Source of the DNA: the human T2T-CHM13v2.0 reference genome, Homo sapiens
Strand: one strand, 5' to 3'
Assembly: GCF_009914755.1 (NCBI RefSeq)
Contig: NC_060936.1
DNA: 64,000 nt
In this document: positions 59,698-64,000 of the stretch, piece by piece
How the letters are laid out: every line of letters starts with the position of its first letter
How positions within the stretch are numbered: the stretch's first letter is position 1
The notes under the pieces: generated by a model
Told to the model about the DNA's origin: nothing
Databases searched by the model: none
What the model saw: the letters and a program-made list of their open reading frames with translations, nothing else
Made by a program: the position numbers and the translations under genes

Positions 59698-60233
59698 CTA
59701 CTACATTCATAACTAGGGAAGGATAACTCATTGGAATCACTTGGGCTGAGAGCTGCACCTGTGATACCTCATTAACAGGCTCACATCCCCCAGGTTATCA
59801 GCCAACCAACTGTCATTGGCAGAGAACATAGGTTAACATAAAAGGAAGCACTTATCTAGGTTAGTGTTCCAAGAAACTTAAGAACAGCTGCAACTTGGCT
59901 GAGACTCTCATCTTTTTAATTGTGCATATATGCCCAGAGGCTCTACAGTAACTCTAAATATAAAGAATAAATAGTATGCAGGAATTCAGTAATTAACAGT
60001 TTCCTGTTATTTCCTGTGTGGTAATTTTCAAAGACCACAGTGATAATTTACTTACACGAAACTCAGACATAAAGGAAGTTCCAGGAGAAAGCTCAAGAAG
60101 GCATTGGCAGGTTAGGAACATTTCAGAATCAAACCTGCATATGTTGGGTTCCGAGCAAACACAAGGCTACATTGAGTATGATGATGTAAAATCACTTCAG
60201 CTTCAGAATGAATTCTTTTATTTATAAAATTAA

Positions 60234-60560
<327 letters not shown>

Positions 60561-60664
60561 AAATGAATCTTATTTCTAACTTCACAATAGTTTCTCCTTA
60601 GCCCCTGTATTTGATGTGATGCTGAGAGATTTTTTAGATCAGCACTTTCAAATTTGAGTGTGCT

Positions 60665-61181
60665 TACGTGCAGTCACAGCTACTCAGGAGGCTGAGGCAG
60701 GAGGATCACTTGATGCCAGGAATTTCAGGGTGTAGCATGTTGTATTACTTCATTTTTATACTGTTTTGAAGAAATACTGGAGACTTGGTAATTTATAAAG
60801 AAAAAGAATTTTAATGGACTCACAGTTCCACATGACTGGGGAGGCCTCACAATCATGGCAGAAGGCAAAGGAGGAGCAAAGGCATGTCTTACAAGGTGGC
60901 AGGCAAGAGAGCATGTGCAGGGAAACTGCCCTTTATAAAACCATCAGATCTCATGAGACATATTCACTATCATAAGAACACCATAGGAAAAACCTGCCCC
61001 TATGATTCAATTATCTCCCACTGGGTCCCTCCCGTGACATGTGGAGATTAAGGGTGCTACAATTCAAGATGAGATTTGGGTGAGGACACAGCCAAACCAT
61101 ATCACATGCTATGAACACACCTGTGAATAGCCACTGCACTCCATCCTGGGCAACACAGCGAGATCCCTGTCTCAAAAAAAA
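60665..61181 (+). mobile_element. FAM split by THE1
   Basis: cagctactcaggaggctgagg...tgtagcatgt / catgctatgaacacacctgtgaatagccactgcactcc. Confidence 0.88.
60741..61104 (-). mobile_element. THE1 (MaLR) solo LTR
   Basis: tgtatta...gactcacagttccacatg...cagccaaaccatatca; TSD catgt/catgc. Confidence 0.95.
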
Positions 61182-63391
61182 AGTGAATGTGTAGATAAAA
61201 CATCTTGTTAAAATTCAGATTCTGATTCAGTAGTTTGGGGGAGGGCTTGAGATTCTGCATTTCTAAAAAGCACCCAGACCAGCAGTTGCTGATACTGCTA
61301 GTGTGGTAACAATCCCTTGAGTGCAAAACATTCAAAACTCATCCAGTAGATGCAATGTTGGGTTTTAAAAGACATTACTCTCTAAAGAAAAAAAAATTAA
61401 TTAAATGAGAGAAAACCCAGACAGCAAGAAGCTAACATGATTTTCCAAGCTAAATGGTTGCCTCTTTGGACCAAGAGGGAGTTCTTTTAAGTTGAGACCT
61501 AGGGAGCAAACTGGCAGACAAAGCATTACAGACCAGAGCCAGGCAAGCTGAAGGAGGTAGGGAATAGTTCAAATTACCATATCCAAGGGGTTATGGCAAA
61601 CTCGGGTCTAATGAAAGCCATTCTTAGTATTGAAGAATTAAAGACTGCTTGGTGGGGTTTAGCAATAACCATAATTGAGCAAGATGTCATGGTTATGTTT
61701 CAAAGATGTTCATCTAGATGGAAACTGGACCCATCTATATCTGGGTGGGAAGAGACAAAGTCCAGGCTTGAGAAGGTGGTTGGGCCCTGGTCAAGCGGGC
61801 TAAGACTCTGAGAACACTGCCTCTTACAGAGAACTATACCAGGGCAGAAATCCAGTCAATCAGGATGGATAGACACATATCTTGTGGGTTAGGAAGAAAG
61901 CTCTAGCTTGGTGAAACCCATGGACTCATCCAAGAGATACCAGATGCTGGGATTAGGGCAGCAAAGCTAAGCTCATGCCCCTGAACCTCAGCTGTTAATG
62001 CACTATCAGGCCTATTGCCAATTAACTCATGCATTGGGTGAGATTGAGCCTGGAAACCAGAAGCCTTCAATCCTTGGAGCTAAATAGTGCCCAGATAGGT
62101 CTGCCAAATATTTTGTGATTACTAGATGTCAGACACTAGGCTGGAGGCTCAATGCATACTATTCATATGTGATTAAAGAATTTTGTTCTGAGAATATTGG
62201 AAAATGTGTTAGATGTAATATCTTGAAGAATTACTAGTCTAGTGGGAGAGGAAAACATTGACATAAATAATTACAAGTTCTCATAGTCTCCTAGATGGCT
62301 GTGGGGAAATTGAATGATTATAAATAAAAGGGAAATATAAAAACAAAATTATCTACCAGACTTTGTACATTTGACTGTGAAATCTAGCCATTCAAGTCAA
62401 TGATTAGCAAGAATAATAATTATTGAATAGTATCAGGAGGAGGACGTTTGCTGTTAAAGAAAGTTTGCATTAAACTGGGTGGAAAATGCTCTTGCAGAAA
62501 ATGCAACCGTTAACCTCATGACTATGAAACAAGCAAGTCCAAGGAAAATTCTCTTCCTTTCCTTCATGCAAAATATGAGATCATCTTCTCCTTTTGTGAG
62601 AACCAAACTGGTGAGGAGCTGCTGTGGATAATCCCCATCTCCCTAACTTAACCTTGTTCAGCTCCTTACTGCCTTTTAAGTTGCCTTGTCAAATCTCACT
62701 GCAGATGCAGATCAATTTGTTCTCTTTATTCAGGAGTTTACAAAAACTGACTTGCAAAAGATAACTTTAATAGATGTGGAATACAGAGATATGAAAGTTG
62801 AAATGACTACAGAGATGTTTCCTAACTTGAACCTGGTAGTGGGAGCACCAGTAAGTCTGGGGTTGAACCTGGTTGTCATACTGTGTAGACAGGAGGTCTG
62901 GGTGACACCCATGGTGATCACTGCAGCCACACATTTTAGTAAAACTATGAAGCTGACTTTTATCGTTAAAATGGCTCTTACATGACAAAATCATCCCATC
63001 CTTCAATTATACCAAAAAAGCTTTTTCTGTCTACTTTTGGCCATGTTGCATTCTCGGGGCATAGATTCAGGCCCTAAACACAATAATAATAACAATAATT
63101 TAAGGCATTTCATGGCCTAACACTCAGAACTATTTCTCCCATTGATGCCTGAAAATACACTTTTGATGTCCGCCCTCATTTAGTTACTTTGGGTTGTGCA
63201 ACGTTGCCCATCCTGGAATTCTTATTTTTTTCTTAGGTACTATGTTTATGATTAGAGTACACTATCACTAGTGCCTTATGTGATGAACAATTTTCTGAAA
63301 GAATAGGCTTGCCTGAGTCCAAAGAGAACAATAGAGGACGTGATTTTTTTACTTAGTAGAGGAAACTGTAAGTAAAAATGCTGTTTGTTGT

Positions 63392-63882
63392 TGTATTTGT
63401 CAGGATTCTATAAAGAATAAATAGGCACTGTACTGCTATCTATATCTATCTACCTACATATATACATGAAGAGAGAGATTAATTTTTTCTAAGGAATTCA
63501 ACTGTCTCATAAAGTTGTGGAGGCTGACCAGTCCACATTCTGTACAGCAAGCCAACTGGTTGGAAATTCAGGTAAGAGTTGACGTTATGATCTTGAGTCT
63601 GAAATCTGCAGGGCAGGCCAAGCAGGTTGGAAATTCAGGCAGAATTTCCATTTGCAGTTTTAAGGCCAAATTCCTCCTGTCTTTGCTCTTAAGGCCTTCA
63701 ATGGATCGGATGAGGCCCACTCACTTTCTCACATTATGGAGGGTGATCTGCTTTTCTCAGTCTACTGATTTAAATATTAATCACATCTAAAAGATAACTT
63801 CACAGCAACATTTAGGTTAGTGTTTTACCAATCAAGAGGGCACCGTAGCCTAGTTAAGTTGACGCATGAAATGAATCATCAC
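63392..63882 (-). mobile_element. MLT2C/D-like ERVL LTR
   Basis: cacattatggagggtgatctgctt...tctactgatttaaatattaatcacatc; homologous to 10795-11319 in the opposite orientation. Confidence 0.88.
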
Positions 63883-64000
63883 TGTTGTATTCATGGGGAG
63901 CATAGAACTTATATTTGTAAAAACGAAAAACGTCTATTTTTCAATAATCGATCATCATTGTTTAATCCAGCCCTGGTTTTTACCTCCAGACTTGAGTAAA

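Larger units (their letters stand above)
60640..61325. mobile_element. MER5A host, split by FAM and THE1
   Basis: cttgttaaaattcagattctgattcagtag...gagattctgcatttctaa. Confidence 0.8.

Noticed and set aside
59194-59726. 142-aa and overlapping ORFs
   Set aside because: Inside a GC-rich solo LTR; no gag, pol or env similarity.
62686-63006. 99-aa ORF with two opposite-strand ORFs and a repeated tgaacctggt
   Set aside because: Non-ATG start, no recognisable family, and no poly-A or TSD of a retrocopy; BLASTX would settle it.

Overview
Primate (human-like) AT-rich, CpG-poor non-coding DNA from an intron or gene desert. I cannot support any protein-coding gene, tRNA, rRNA, CRISPR array or CpG island, and I could not identify the locus. 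The listed ORFs are short, and the recognisable ones read through Alu, L1, L2, LTR or microsatellite sequence; the only real protein similarity is a frameshifted L1 ORF2p C-terminus at about 39989. The window holds about 21 Alu-family SINEs (AluJ/S/Y, FLAM, two FAMs), L1 3' ends, L2/MIR relics, solo LTRs (2x THE1, MLT1, 2x MLT2, LTR16, LTR33-like, LTR27/28-like) and DNA transposons (MER82, MER2, MER5A), with several multi-layer nests. Repeat subfamily names are from recalled consensus sequences and need RepeatMasker confirmation. I did not find a demonstrably novel biological system. The best leads are: (i) a 93-bp, 97%-identical dispersed duplication (1843-1935 / 3140-3232) with a 7-bp flanking direct repeat and a snap-back patch, resembling a templated-insertion repair scar; (ii) adjacent candidate minus-strand exons, including a 21-nt microexon; (iii) two minus-strand THE1 LTRs that keep a DUX4-type motif and TATA and could drive such a transcript; and (iv) several repeat-free, motif-dense candidate enhancers.
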